A DNA stretch of 64,000 bases from NCBI GenBank assembly GCA_964188305.1, contig OZ076886.1. One strand, given 5' to 3'. This stretch comes from Podarcis bocagei (Eukaryota). The notes under the pieces are model-generated. The model ran no database searches. It had not been told where the DNA came from and was given only the letters and a program-made list of their open reading frames with translations. How positions within the stretch are numbered: the stretch's first letter is position 1; the number at the start of each line of letters is the position of its first letter. Made by a program: the position numbers and the translations under genes. Of the stretch, positions 1 through 13,571 are shown piece by piece.

Positions 1-182
1 GAATAGTTTTACTCAGTTGTCATGGATCTTGAACATTAGCAACTCCTAAGCACCTAGCCTCTTCAAATGACTTCTTCTTAACAGGATACTTCGTTCCCAA
101 ATGTGCACAAATATCACACAAAGAGCTATAATCATTAATGGATTGGTTGCTGAATGCTTGGAATTTTATGAATTTTGTAGTA

Positions 183-413
183 CAGTGGTACTTCGGGTTA
201 CAGACGCTTTGGGTTACAGGTGCTTCAGGTTACAGACTCCGCTAACCCAGAAATAGTACCTTGGGTTAAGAACTTTGCTTCAGGATGAGAACAGAAATCG
301 TGCGGCAGCAGCGGGAGGCCCCATTAGCTAAAGTGGTACCTCAGGTTAAGAACGGTTTCAGGTTAAGAACGGACCTCCAGAACGAATTAAGTTCTTAACC
401 TGAGGTACCACTG
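183..413. mobile_element. Tc1/mariner (Tigger-like) MITE
   Basis: Termini CAGTGGTAC...GTACCACTG with TA on both sides (181-182, 414-415); a closely related copy lies at 35160-35389. Confidence 0.85.
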
Positions 414-1654
414 TATTCAAGAATTCCATAGCAAATCTCCCTGTTCTATGTAACTGATGTTTTAAGAATGTTACCTCTTTTGATCTATCCTGGTGAAACT
501 TTTTTGGCAAGATCCTGATCATATTTTTATGCTGTGAACCCCCCTGGGAAGGGTGGTATACAAATTTAATCTCCTCCTCCTCATCATCATAGTCATCTTG
601 ATTGCATAGGTAGGTGTGGCATATTTCAACTCCATAGTGGGTTGCCAACTTCTTTACTAGATCCCCACTCCTTTAAAAGCAGTTTGATCTGTGGACATTA
701 GCCAGCAATTTCTCCTCCGTGCCCTGAAAAGCTTTCTGCAGATCAAGCTGCTGTTAACGGCACATGAAAAGAACAGGGGTCCGGTCCCCCTGATCAGCTG
801 CAACCACATCTACATCAGGAAATGGCCATGGGGGGTTGTGAATAATTGTCCTGGCCCTACCCAGCTTTATTGACAAGAAAAGCCCTTACCACAGCTTCCA
901 CAGTGTTCTGGATACACGTGTACACACAATTCTAGCTTCTAGGCACTGTGGAGTAGTTGCAGCAACAGTGGGATCCCACCCCTCTGCCGTTTTATATACC
1001 CTCAACTGACGGGTTGCACACCCATAACCTGAGATTTCTCCTGCATGGTGATCACTGCTGCTCTTTTCTGCTTCCAGCCCTTCTTGGTTCTAGGAGACAG
1101 TGGGGCGGGGGAAAGTGGGGAATCTACTGTCTATCTTTCAACTAAACAGCCTCTTTTTTTGTCACATTTGGCACACCTTCCTTCAATACAGACTGCTGTG
1201 ACTCTCCCCCCTCCCCTGGCTCCTGCCTTGCAAGCAGTGTCAAACCCCATAAACCATTGCTCCCCTCTCTTGCCTCACACTCTTTGGAGTCCTGCCAGTC
1301 CCTGACAGCAATCCTGTTTTTTTACAAATTATTTCTCTACTGGCCTGCGTTCTGCAGCCCTCCTGGGTGCCCATGCATCCTGAAAACCCCATTACATTAT
1401 CAGCTGGACTTTCCTGTTAGCTCAGCGGACAGCATGGCACGGGGCTGTCTACCGTGTGCCTGACAGTTACCTGTTTTTTAATTAAAAAGTTAACTTTTAA
1501 AGAAATTAGTGCAGAAACATCTTTTGAAAAGGTTAAAAGTAAGGACTTCCCTTAAAAACAAAATCAGCGCACTCACTGATCGCAGGTGGTTAGTAGTCAG
1601 TCTTCCCAACTTCTCACAATTTAATCAAATCCCAGGGGAAGAAATCAGCAGGTA

Positions 1655-1911
1655 CCGTATTTTTTGCTCTATAAGACTCACTTTTCCCCTCCTAAAAAGT
1701 AAGGGGAAATGTGTGCGCGTCTTATGGAGCGAATGCAGGCTGTGCAGCTATCCCAGAAGCCAGAACAGCAAGAGGGATCGCTGCTTTCACTGCGCAGCGA
1801 TCCTTCTTGCAGTTCTGGCTTCTGAGATTCAGATTTTTTTTTCTTGTTTTCCTCCTCCAAAAACTAGGTGCATCTTGTGGTCTGGTGCGTCTTATAGAGC
1901 GAAAAATACGG
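1655..1911. mobile_element. Tc1/mariner-superfamily MITE (CCGTA termini)
   Basis: 23-bp TIR ccgtattttttgctctataagac / gtcttatagagcgaaaaatacgg (1 mismatch), TA on both sides. Confidence 0.85.
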
Positions 1912-2153
1912 TAATTCTTCCCATGGGGCTTTTACAGATCAGGAGGTACAAACAGCCTGGTGGGCTGCAGAGAACTAGATAAATGTTTAATGAAAAGAAA
2001 AAAACACACAGCCACTTTACAATGATACATTCCAGCCCACACCCACCACAATTGCAAAGCTATTCTGTTGTGCCCTGTCAGGAGCCTTTTTTTAGGAGAA
2101 GAAACTTGGAGGAGAGGTTTCAGCACTAGTTTGGATGATATTACAAGCTACAG

Positions 2154-2180
2154 ATAATAATAATGATGATGATGATAATG

Positions 2181-2235
<55 letters not shown>
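2154..2235. repeat. (AAT)n/(GAT)n microsatellite
   Basis: Directly visible trinucleotide array. Confidence 0.95.
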
Positions 2236-2236
<1 letters not shown>

Positions 2237-3281
2237 GTTAAAGCTTCTGAAGTCCTCCATGTGGCTGCACCAGATGGGGAGTCATTTAAGTTTGTTCCCA
2301 TCATGCTATACCATGACTTATTGTCACATCCAAACAACTAATTGCCACATCAGTACCCTCTAATTATTATTAATTTAGCTGTCAATACAGTTCACAAGCC
2401 GAGGAGGCTACTAATGTATTATAACACAAATTTGTTCAAATAATTCAGATTTTCCCCAAGAGCCTAATATGCACATTCCTGGCACATTTATTGATTCATA
2501 CTGCAATTCTATGTGCACTTACTCAGTAGGAAGTCCCAGTGAAGTCAAGTGTTACTTACCTTGGCAAGCATAAGATTGGCATGTCTTGTCGATTTGGAAG
2601 CTATGTAGATTTACATCATCTTAATATTAATTCCTTTGCAACAAGAAAACCTTGGTGAAGCCAAAGTTGTTGCTTGTCAAGCCAACCCCATATTCTAGGA
2701 AGAATGCCTAGAATAGCTTGTAAAGGAACAGGTGGTCCCCAACACCAAATTAAAACATCTAAATATGTATTGCCAAAAACTGTTATAATCTGTCATGGGT
2801 CTCAGTCCATCCTTTTCACTACCAAACTGCCAACACTCATCAGAGTCAGCCAAAATTTGATGTTTTAATTGTGATGGCATCTTAGGAGTATTTTTGTTGC
2901 ATTTATCTCTGTCCAGTATTTATTTAATGATGAAAACTGAGTAATGTTGAGAGTATCTTTCCAACGAGCTGGCTGAATGTCTCCTGTAGAATATTGAGCT
3001 CAATCCACCTAAGGAAGGAGCTGAGTATCTCAATTTCACGGTTTGTTGAACTCTTACTATTTGGTAAGATGAAATGTATGGCAGAAGTCCAAAGGATCAT
3101 GCAAAAAAACATTTGTTTAAATGGAAGCCTTGATGGCTCTCTCTTCCAACAACCACCCTTTGTGTATCCCCAACAAAGCCACTTCTTAGGGTGGGGAACC
3201 CTCCAGAACTAGATTAAATACGATGCAAGCAGCAGCAACTGGGAGGACATACCCAAGCATGTTCTCAAGACGCAAGTGGTA

Positions 3282-4130
3282 TTGTTATGAGTTTGTGGGG
3301 TACTTGGGTGCCCCTTTCTAATTCCTGGACTCCCCTTTTCATTCCTGAGTGCCAGACACCAAGTTTAGAAAGCCAAATAATATAATACAGGCCAAACCAG
3401 TTTTCTTCATGTTCAGGAAATTGCCTGGAGAGAGGTGCCATTAAATGAGGACAAAATGGAAGGGTGAAGACCCATTAAGAAAGTCATCAGGAGAGCTAAG
3501 GTCAGCCTGCAAAGGAGTAGAACCCCACCTCCTTCCTTTAAAAGGGAGCAATGGCAGGACTCTGGCTTCTCTCCTTCACCAGATGTTGTGGGTTTCCCCA
3601 CCCTCCTACCCCAAAACATTGCAGTCCTACCCAAAGGTGAGGGGGCTGGAACGAGTGAGGACCTTGCTATGGAAGACTCGGTCACCATATTTGGGGCCAG
3701 GGAGTCCCCCCCCTGCAGACTAATTAGCCGATCTGCGGGTTTTCACCTGCCTCATAGCAGTTGTCACAACTTTGGCAGTTAAGGCATTGGGTCTGGATCT
3801 TTAACATCTGAGTGCCCCATTAAAGGGCCCATGAAGGGGTAGTGCTGTCCCGGAGCCCACACTGGGGCCGATGGGTCATAGCTCCCCTTTGAGAGATGGA
3901 CCTAGACAGATGGCCACACTCAATGTATATTGGGGGATGGCTTCCTTGTCTCAGGGCCAACCCATACATTGTTAACCATCGGGCAGGTTGGTTAATCATG
4001 GATTTGGCCTTTGCCAAAACTGGTTTACATCTGTAATCATTAAATTTGTGACCTATTTCGCCCCAGTGCCAATGTCCTGTGTCTCATGCAATTCCTATCT
4101 CCTTCCCCTCCCCTCCTTCTTAATAGCACA
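3282..4130 (+). mobile_element. possible degraded solo LTR
   Basis: Begins TGTTATG, has ATTAAA near the 3' end and is GC-richer than its flanks; no clear TSD found, so boundaries are approximate. Confidence 0.25.
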
Positions 4131-7100
4131 CTGTTCTTATTGCTATTAGGCATTGTGTAAGATTTCTTCTCCACCCTCTGCCACACAAGCTGTGCATCTT
4201 ATCAACCGCCTGTTGTTTACACCTTCTTCCCTAGCAGTTAATATGTTCTGTGATATTAGAACATTCTGTTGACATCACAGTAACTCAGCCAACGTTGATG
4301 GACAATTTGCAGGTAACAAACAGGCATATATATTTGATTAAAAACCTGGAAAGTGCAGCCATCTTATGTCACTGATGTTTTTCTGCTGTTATTGTTACAG
4401 CAGCAAGGGGCTTTAATTCCTGGGAGTGTCATAATGGTTTTTGTTTGGCCGAATACCTACAGTATAGTAGTCTGTTTGTCATCTTCCAGTTTGTTTTTTA
4501 AAAAAGAAAAAGATGATGGAATTTAAATTTCAAGCCAAAAAGATTTTTCGTTGCAGTGAGACTGAGATTATATAGCACTGGGGTGTTGTTTTCCAACTAA
4601 AACTATGGAATAGCTCAGTGATATTCAAAAACAAAATGATTTCCCCCACATATAATCTGTCCCTAAGTTCGAATTAATCACTGCTGTCTGGCAAAGTGTA
4701 ACTTTGTTTTGAATATTGCCTTCATATATTTGTACCCTTTTATTCTGTTCTGCTAGTCAGAGCTATAACACTTCAAAAACCAAAGTTGCTGGAATTTCTT
4801 GACTTGCCTAGTTACAAGAAATGATTAAAGATATAGCTGAAGTGCTTATGAAAATGTCACAGGTTTGGAATCTGCTTAGAGGAACTTTGTTAAGAATATT
4901 CTGGCATCAAGGAGAGGCTGAACGGGGGTGGGGGGAGTATAGAGAATTTAAAAGAAGATAATTTCAGAATGGCAGAGTTGGCAGGACTAGTCAGAGGTTG
5001 ATTCTTTAAGAACAAAAGATGTCCACTTGTAAAAACACTATAGGTAACATTTGGAGCCAAACTGGCAAAGAACCACCTTTCCCTTAACTGTTTCTTCATT
5101 GCAAGAACACCAGTGGGAGCCATCTGCATCATCTTTTGTGCTGTGCTGCGTGTGTGTGTGTTGAAAAGCTATAAATGTGTTAGGCTGTGAACCATCCAGC
5201 GCCATTAATTATGGTGAATCTTCCTGCACAGTGGAACATGTTGTAGCAAATGTAGACAGTGATGGGGCACTCTCCAAAGGCATGTTTGGTTTATGCACAC
5301 GTCATTTTCAGATTTTACAATTTAGTTCCAGGATTCACTTCAGAGGCAATATGAGGTTTCATCAACTTAAGAGCTAACACATCAAGACAAAGTTAACCAT
5401 TATATGGAACTATTTAGCATTCTGCTAAACTAAGAGCTCTGCCAATGGAACATACATATAAATGTGTGATGAGGATGCTAGTGACAATGTAATTAAATGT
5501 TTATAATTAATGAAAGGTGTACAGAAATATTCACATTTTAAATTTCACAACCTCCAAATGAACTGCAAAACTCCAGATCTTTCAATAAAATATTTTTTAA
5601 CAAAAACTTTGCTAAAGTTTCACATTGACTTCAACAACCACTGGAAAATTTGTCAAATATAAATTTGTATAAATGCAATCTTTTAGGGTCAATGAGAGAT
5701 AAAACCAGGATTTGCTGTCGTTGACCAGAATACTGTGTTTGTGTGTGCATCCTGGTTCCATTCTATCTGCAGAATAGGCTAGCCACGTGAAATCTTTGGC
5801 AACTAGTCCCGGGGGGCAGGAGTGGTTAGATAACAGAGAGGGAAAGGTGAAACCTGAGTCATGAGAGAAATAGAGAAATGCCCAAATCACAGCATGAGAC
5901 CATATGTTGGAGTAGATTGGGACAGGATGGGTGGATGAGGGAGTTGGGTGAGGTATTAGAAGGGAGCAACTGAGAGTAGAGAATACCGTTGTCTGTGCAG
6001 TAGAGTGTAGGAGTGTGTGAATGTGTGAGAGAGAAATAAGGACAGGAAGATTAGGTAGAGAAAGAATGAGGTATTCAAGGTGGGAGAGTGATAACTCTGG
6101 GTCGAGAGGGATGGCTATGCTTATGTGAAAAAGAGGGAGAAGAAGAGTCTAGATGTGTGATGTGGTGTGTGTAAGTCTAAAAGACAGAGAGAGAGGTGGG
6201 TGGTCTATGTGTATCAATGAAAGAGATGATCATGGTAGAATCTGAGTCCAGGTGGGGTGGGGACAAAGTCTTTGCACAAGAATTTGAGGCGCACAGCTGC
6301 CACTTCTCTCCACCCTGGGGTCAGTCTTCTGAGAACCCAAGGGAGTATGACACAAGTACACTTGTTTATTTCTATCATCCTCCTTTTTCTTTGCAAACTC
6401 CCCTTCCCCCCACCAGAAATATCTGGTAGCAAAAAGCCCGGTATCCTACAAGTTACTCTAGTTTCACGGATAATAGGTTGCTATTACAATTCCAGCTTTT
6501 CTTCCTGATATTACAAGTGCCTCTATTTGCATTCTCTCATCTGTGTTTTCTCAGATGCAGAACATTATGTAATTAGTTGTGGGGTCTCATACCATCATTG
6601 CAGAGATGTTTCCCATTTACATTAAAGGCCTGTTCTTCTACCCAATAAGTAATTGTCTAGATGGCCCCAAATCTCTTTCAGCTTGATTTAATTGTTAAAC
6701 ATTATTGTAGCAGGAGGGGAAAGCCTTCAAAGGAGAGAGAGGAAAAATGAAATGCTGGAGGGGCAAAATATTAATAGGTGCTTAAAAGGAAAACAGTAAT
6801 TCTTCTCTTTCTAAGCCTGCAGCCCTACAGGCCTAGTAGAAAAGAAACAATTGACTGTATTACAGGATTATATAGGTTTCATTGACTTAAAATGAACTGA
6901 AAGCAGCTGTAGGGAGATTTACCTCAAGTCTTTATTATTAGCCATATGAGGACAAAAGAGAGAGAGTTTTGTTTGAATCCAAAAATATAATTTTTAGTGG
7001 TGGTTCTGAAAAAGCTCGATAAAGGCAGTGTTGATTTTCAACATACAAACAAAGAAGAAAAGGTGAATAGAAACACTCTGTTTTGCTAGCATTATAAGTG

Positions 7101-8285
7101 GTATAAAAGAGGTTAGCTCCTTAGAAAAAGAAAAATTACAGCATGCTGCAGCCTTTTTTCTTTAATATTATTTCATATGGATAAATGCTACCATACCAAA
7201 CCATCTGTTCTGCCATTGATCTGAGCTTGGAGCAGCAAAACTGCACCTCCTGAATTCTTTCTACCATGCCAAAGGAGGCAAAGATCAAAAGTACAAGCCT
7301 ATATACATTGGCTTTTATAGAAAAGAATGCTTGGGTTATGAGGCAGATTTCCCAAGGGAGCAGAGGGCATTACTAACCTATCCACCTTCGTGTGAAACTT
7401 GACTGGGCCAAGAGGCAAAATGAATGCTAGTTTCCCACATATTTATGAATTTGCTTGTGTCAGGGAAGTTGTGTGCCTTTTGAGTGATTGTTAGGTGGAA
7501 TGGCGCATCCTGCCAATTTTCTAACATTTTAACCTCAACATGCCAGCTGGGATTATCCCAATTTTCCCCTGCCCTTTTCTTCTGACTCTCCTGCAAACAC
7601 ACCATGACTTGCAACTTTGTGTCATGCCCAACCCATCCAGGTTCTTGGACAACAGGATGACTCTTGTTCAGAAACATTCGGAGAAAAGGTAGCTATAGGA
7701 GACCAAGCACAGGTTGTGCCCCTGAGAGCTTCCTAGGGCCCCAAATTGCGCAGAACTATTCTTGCAATGAAGGGAGATGCACCTCTCCTACTTAATAAAA
7801 AAGATGGAGATGGAAGTGAGTCAGAGAACACTGAGGAGAGGAGGCAGGAAGGAGTCCTAAACTCCTTAATCCAGTCTAACAAACCATGTCCAACTTTCCT
7901 CAGCTTGGTGCCATATATTACGTCAGGTGCAGGAAACCTCAAACTGTAGCTACAGGGAAAACGAATTGGAAGTATACTCTGTATGAGCTCCTGATTCTAC
8001 CTGTGGCTTGAATTCAAGCTGGCAATCTCAAGGAAACTTTTCTACAAGCATGGCACAAGCTATACACACAAAGAAAAAAGTGCTTTTGTGTCATCTGATG
8101 TAGTTGTGATGTCAGAGGATTGACAGATGGGTGATGCCACCCTAGGTCAAAATGGCAGACATGAAGCTCTGGCCTTCCATCTGGATCCTGTTCCCCATCC
8201 ATTCATCTTAGGACCTCTTAAGTTCTATCACTTGAGGGGTTTTCTAGGGAACAAAGCTTCCTAGAATACCAGTTGCATCTAAGTA

Positions 8286-9039
8286 CAGTGGTACCTTGAC
8301 TAAAGTCTAGTCTATTATAAGTCTGTTTTGGACTAAGTCCAATTGCAACCCGAAAATGAGTGATCCGGGTTGAGTCATTTTTTTGATATAAGTCGGGCCC
8401 AGCTGCTGTTTTAGGGGTTGCTTTTCATCGTCTGGTTCCTGTTGAGTATGTTTCGTTTGTTAATTGAGTCCCTCATTGCTAATCAGAGGCTTCCTGTTGA
8501 GTCTGCCAGCTGTTGAGTCCCAAGCACCCATGCAACACAAAAGTGATATTTGGAGGTTTTGTTTTTGCTATTTTCTTGCGTTTTGGTTTGTGTGGCTTTT
8601 TCGGTTTTTTGACTGTGACTTCGTTTTATGGGACAGACCTGTGACTATGGCTTGTGACTTCGCTTTTGTGACTTGCTTTTGTGACTGTGTGGAACCCAGT
8701 TCAGCTACTGGTTGATTGTGTGACTGCAGAAATGGATAAAAGCCCCCCCTCCATCCAAACAATGACTATCATCAGTGCACATAAGGGGGGGGGAAATGTA
8801 ATTTTTTTTCATCTACAATACTGTTTATTTTATCGTACAGTACATTGATTATTGCCTTCATTTTATGGATCAATGGTCTTGTTAGGCAGTAAAATTCGTG
8901 TTAAATTTCTGTTTTTGGGGGTGTTTTTCATTGTCTAGAATGGATCAATCCATTTTCAGTTACTTTCTATGGGAAACCACACCTTGTTTTAAGTCCGGAC
9001 TTCCGGAACGGATTACAGTCTTAAATCAAGGTACCACTG
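8286..9039. mobile_element. Tc1/mariner (Tigger-like) non-autonomous element
   Basis: TIR cagtggtaccttga / tcaaggtaccactg, TA on both sides, no transposase ORF. Confidence 0.85.
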
Positions 9040-9410
9040 TATGTGTATTTCGTTTACTTCATTTTTTTCATTTTTTCATTTAGCTTTTAAGTTGTATATC
9101 ACATTTCTATGTTATGATACACAAGGTGGTTTACAAGCTGAAGAAACAACAACTTATACAAAAAGGACCACACACCTTATAACAATCTGATCCAATACAA
9201 AAATTCATAATAAAAGCATAACTTTAAAATAAGCAACTTATATAAAATGAAATAATAATCAATAACCCATTAGATTATAATAGTACACAATAGAATTAAA
9301 TATCAGCAAATAATAAATAGAAATTCACTCTTAACCATTATATCAAATAATTACTAAACTGTAATCAATAAAAATAACAGCAAGTCACAATGCATAAAAT
9401 ACCACAATAC

Positions 9411-9561
9411 AGAAGAAGATGAAGAAGAGTTTGGATTTGATATCCCGAAGTGTGACTGGCCCAAGGTCACCCAGCAGCTGCATGTGGAGGAGCGGAGACG
9501 CGAACCCGGTTACCCAGATTACGTGACTACCGCTCTTAACCACTACACCACACTGGCTCTC
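9411..9561 (-). mobile_element. tRNA-derived SINE (Squam3-like), internally deleted
   Basis: Reverse complement matches the head and tail of the 13257 copy, with about 100 bp missing internally; (CTT)n tail. Confidence 0.8.
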
Positions 9562-10326
9562 CATGTAAAAGGAGCGCTCAACATGTAACATTATGTTTTA
9601 CCACAAGGTTGGCTGGCCCACACTCTCATTCCATCCCAAAGTGCTGCCCCCAAAAGGACGATTCACTTTGATGTTGTCCCATCGGTGGTGGCCCCATCGG
9701 TGGTGACTTTATAGAGCTGCCCCAGCAGCTGGTACATGCCCAGCTGGGGCAGCAGGTGTTCCCAATGCTACCTGCCCACCCAGGGTCCTATTCCTTACAG
9801 CACTCTCCACAGTCTTCTCTGGTGGAGGGGAGATGCCAGTCTCCAGGCTGGCTGGCTTTATAGAGCTGTGTACCTTTGGGATCTCTTTCGCTCCATGGGT
9901 AATGACTGCGAAAACATACAATGTGCAAATAAAGTTCCATGTGGAAATGTTGATCAGAAGTAGGTTAAATCAGGATGTGCTTGGGATAGCTTGGTTGAGT
10001 TAGAGGTCAGGCAGAAAGAGAAAACCATGTTCCTGAAGTACCTCTCAGCGTACATACTAAAGGAGGACCACATGTTTATTTGCATGGGGATTTCTATAGC
10101 ACCAAACAGTATTATCAACCTGTCACAGAGCATCTTCCCCTTAGCTCTCAAGTCTCTGCTTGATATACCACTCACAGGCAACATGGAGATTTCTGGAGAC
10201 AAGGTGCTAGGGCAGACTTCAGAAGGCTGATCTCCCCAGTAACACTAAATGCAGTCTTAATATTTCCCAGAATCACCAGCATTGGGATACCACATTGGTG
10301 GGAATCTATAACTAGATTTATTAGTG

Positions 10327-10834
10327 TCTAATGAAGAGAAGAACAACTACCAGACTTTTAGAAGACATTTGAAGGCAGACCTGTTTAGGGAAGCTTTTAA
10401 TGTTTAACAGACCACTGTATTTTAATATTTTGTTGGAAGCCGCCCAGAGTGGCTGGTGAAACCCAACCAGATGGGCGGGGTATAAACGGCCTTGGTCCTG
10501 TATACCTGAAGGAGCGTCTCCACCCCCATCGTTCAGCCCGGGCACTGAGATCCAGCACCGAGGGCCTTCCGGCGGTTCCCTCATTGCAAAAAGTGAGGTT
10601 ACAGGGAACCAGACAGAGGGCCTTCTCGGTAGTGGGTCCCGCCCTGTGGAACGCCCTCCCTTCAGATGTGAAGGAAATAAGCAGCTATCCTATCTTTAAA
10701 AGAGATCTGAAGGCAGTCCTGTTTAGGGAAGTTTTTAATATTTAATGCTGTATTGTTTTTAACACTTGATTGGAAGCCGCCCAGAGTGGCTGGGGAAACT
10801 CAGCCAGATGGGCGTCGTATAAATAAATAAATAA

Positions 10835-10835
<1 letters not shown>
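10327..10835 (+). mobile_element. two tandem L2-type LINE 3' fragments
   Basis: The 3' motif ggaagccgcccagagtggctgg...cagatgggcg occurs twice; the second copy encodes an L2 C-terminal-like peptide (GLGPVYLKERL...RAFSVVGPALWNALP...FKRDLK); A-rich/AAT tail. Confidence 0.8.
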
Positions 10836-10895
<60 letters not shown>

Positions 10896-10930
10896 GTTGT
10901 TGTTGTTGTTGTTTTCATCATCATCATCAT
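10836..10930. repeat. compound (AAT)n(GTT)n(CAT)n microsatellite (L2 tail)
   Basis: Directly visible. Confidence 0.9.
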
Positions 10931-11720
10931 TCCACATTAAAATTGTAGACTAACTCTTGAACAAATTTGTTGCAGCCTGTGTCCCATTTATAAGGAAAAG
11001 AGTTGTGGCAGAAAGACAATTGCTTATATTGACCAATGCTATTCACAAGCAGTCGAAGAATGGTTAATTATACCAAAGGTTTATTCAGAGGTCCTGGAAC
11101 AGGGAACCATTGAGAATGTTCATGTGGGGTTTTTTAAAGAAATAATAATTATAATAATAAGACAAAGACTGGAATTTTTAAAAAGGGAGCTGTAGGCCAC
11201 TTCTCATTGTTTCATAATCTGTTCATTCAACCCTTCTATACATATGGGATTAATGACTCTGAAATGTCAACCATATTTTAAAAATGGGAAAGGGTGGGCC
11301 AGCCTCATTGTTCCCCTATTCAGAAATATTAACTAATGGACCAGAGATCAAAAGCAAATGTTTGTACAATACATCTGTGTCACCCTTGAAGAGGAAGGAA
11401 GAACATGGTTTGGAGGGCAAACTTTGTGACAAAGAAAAGGACAGCCATAAATTCTCTAAGCGTCTTGACACATTTTTGAAGCTTCTTGAATGGATGCAAA
11501 ATTAAAGTTAAAAACTGTGCTCAGCTCTAATCCCCACTAGTCTTGTGGTTCACCAGTGTACAGCTGGAAACCTCCACATTCAAATGCACTAGACAATTTC
11601 AAACAGAGCTCTGTTCATTGTGGCTCTGTGTCTAAGTATTTAAGATCAAGGGTGCAATCCAGCCAAATTAAGCACTTCTAAATCCCTTTGATTTTAGTGA
11701 GGGAGTTAAACATGGGCTTA

Positions 11721-11853
11721 CAGGGTTGCCAACGTTTAAATCAACCTCTGTAGTTGCGCCTTTCATACAAATATACAGGAATTAGAAGGTGAAATTCTTC
11801 ATGTCCTGGAAATCAGCATTGTTATCAGGCTTGTGGAAGAGTTGGCAACCATG
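11721..11853. mobile_element. short hAT-like MITE
   Basis: Termini cagggttgccaac / gttggcaaccatg. Confidence 0.55.
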
Positions 11854-13256
11854 TGTGCTTAGCTCTTCCTCATGTAAATTAATCAGAGAAAATTAATGAG
11901 TTAGTGAACTGTGCCCCAACGTATTTCTAAAATATGAGCTCCCTGCTCCGAAAACAATAATTTGGAAACCTGGTGTGAAATATAATTCTACATAGAGTTT
12001 ATCCACACGTTCGTACAAAGTGTGCCCCAACCGCGTGCGCTTTTTCTTTGCCCAATCCTCCCAGTAAAAAAATTGCTTACTGGTTCCAGATGTTTTTGCT
12101 GCAGTGAGTTTACACCATCTTGGCACTGACAAACCACTGTAAATTTTGAGGGCAGGCAAGGCCTTCATTCTATTCATACGAAATGGAAGGTGCCTTTTTT
12201 TTTTTTTTAATAGCTGCATATAAACTGAAACCAGGGACATAGAAATGAATGGGGTAAATGATCAGTGGGTAGCGCGACAATTCTTGGGAGGGGAATAATC
12301 CTCTCTTTCCTTGGCACTACCGGCCAGCTATTATTTTATCAGCTGTGTGGAATATTCTGCCTGCTTTCACAGCAGTTTCTGTTCACAACTGGTGTGAGGC
12401 ATGTGTTCCTTCAAAGAGTTGTGTTAGTGATCAATGGGAGTTTTGAATTGTTGAAAATTACCTTGCCTTAAAGGCTTTTCAGCCCAGGAGCACACATAAT
12501 AAGGAGAGGCACATTTCTGTAAGCGAATACATTTCACTGAGCAGGTTACCGTTATTCACTTAACCAGCATTAAATGTAATCCTCCCTGAGTCTCTGTGGC
12601 CTCTCCTCCTCCCCTTTCCCCTGTCACTCTTCATCTCCTGCGAAGGTAGAAATCCTGCCTTCAAAAGCCTGTGGAGACAAGGGAACCTTGACAAACCCAC
12701 TGAATATATTAGCTGGAGACATTTGATCCGAGGAGTTTCTCTGGATTCACCGCAAACGATAACTTAAGTACTGTAACCTCTGATATATTACCTCACAATC
12801 CAAGTATTCCTAATTCGCCTCCTTTGAAATCATGTCTATCTCTTGAGCTACAGTCCGTTTAGATTTGTATCCGAGCTCTAATTTTAGTTTAGATTTTTTT
12901 ATTTCACAAGCAAGCAAATTTGCTGGACTTTTCGTGACTCTGGTCCTTTTCACCAGCTTTGACGTTTATTCTTCATTGTACCTTAAAGGAAGGGGAAACT
13001 TCACTAGACGTGTAGATTCTGCCTGTCCTAGAGCATAAGGAAGGAATCTCTTCGCTACTCACCTTCACTGGGCTTATCTTGCTGACCAGTTTATGCTACA
13101 CCGCGAAGAATTCCCCTACCCCTCCTCCACAGAGCCAGTTTGTGGGGAGTAGCAGCACACAGGGGAAGAAGAAAGCCCCATTGTGCTAGCGTAAGTCCTT
13201 CTATGGGCTTCCGCTGGCAGAGCCAGTAAAGTGAATTGGCCCAAATGGTTCTATTT

Positions 13257-13571
13257 GAGAGCCAGTGTGGTGTAGTGGTTAAGAGCGGTAGTCTCATAAT
13301 CTGGTGAACCGGGTTCGCGTCTCTGCTCCTCCACATGCAGCTGCTGGGTGACCTTGGGCCAGTCACACTTCTCTGAAGTCTCTCAGCCCCACTCACCTCA
13401 CAGTGTGTTTGTTGTGGGGGAGGAAGGGAAAGGAGAATGTTAGCCACTTTGAGACTCCTTCGGGTAGTGATAAAGTGGGATATCAAATCCGAACTACTCC
13501 TCCTCCTCCTCCTCCTCCTCCTCTTCTTCTTCTTCTTCTTCTTCTTCTTCTTCTTCTTCTTCTTCTTCTTC
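13257..13571 (+). mobile_element. tRNA-derived SINE (Squam3-like) with (CCT)n(CTT)n tail
   Basis: A box tggtgtagtgg, B-box-like ggttcgcgtct, core gggtgaccttgggccagtcac, microsatellite tail at 13497-13571. Confidence 0.85.

Noticed and set aside
2092-2363. Poly-L/N/I ORFs here and at other microsatellites
   Set aside because: Artefacts of trinucleotide repeats
2989-3062. Possible last coding exon NIELNPPKEGAEYLNFTVC*
   Set aside because: No recognisable protein, no linked upstream exon, and it is followed by a donor rather than a clear 3' UTR
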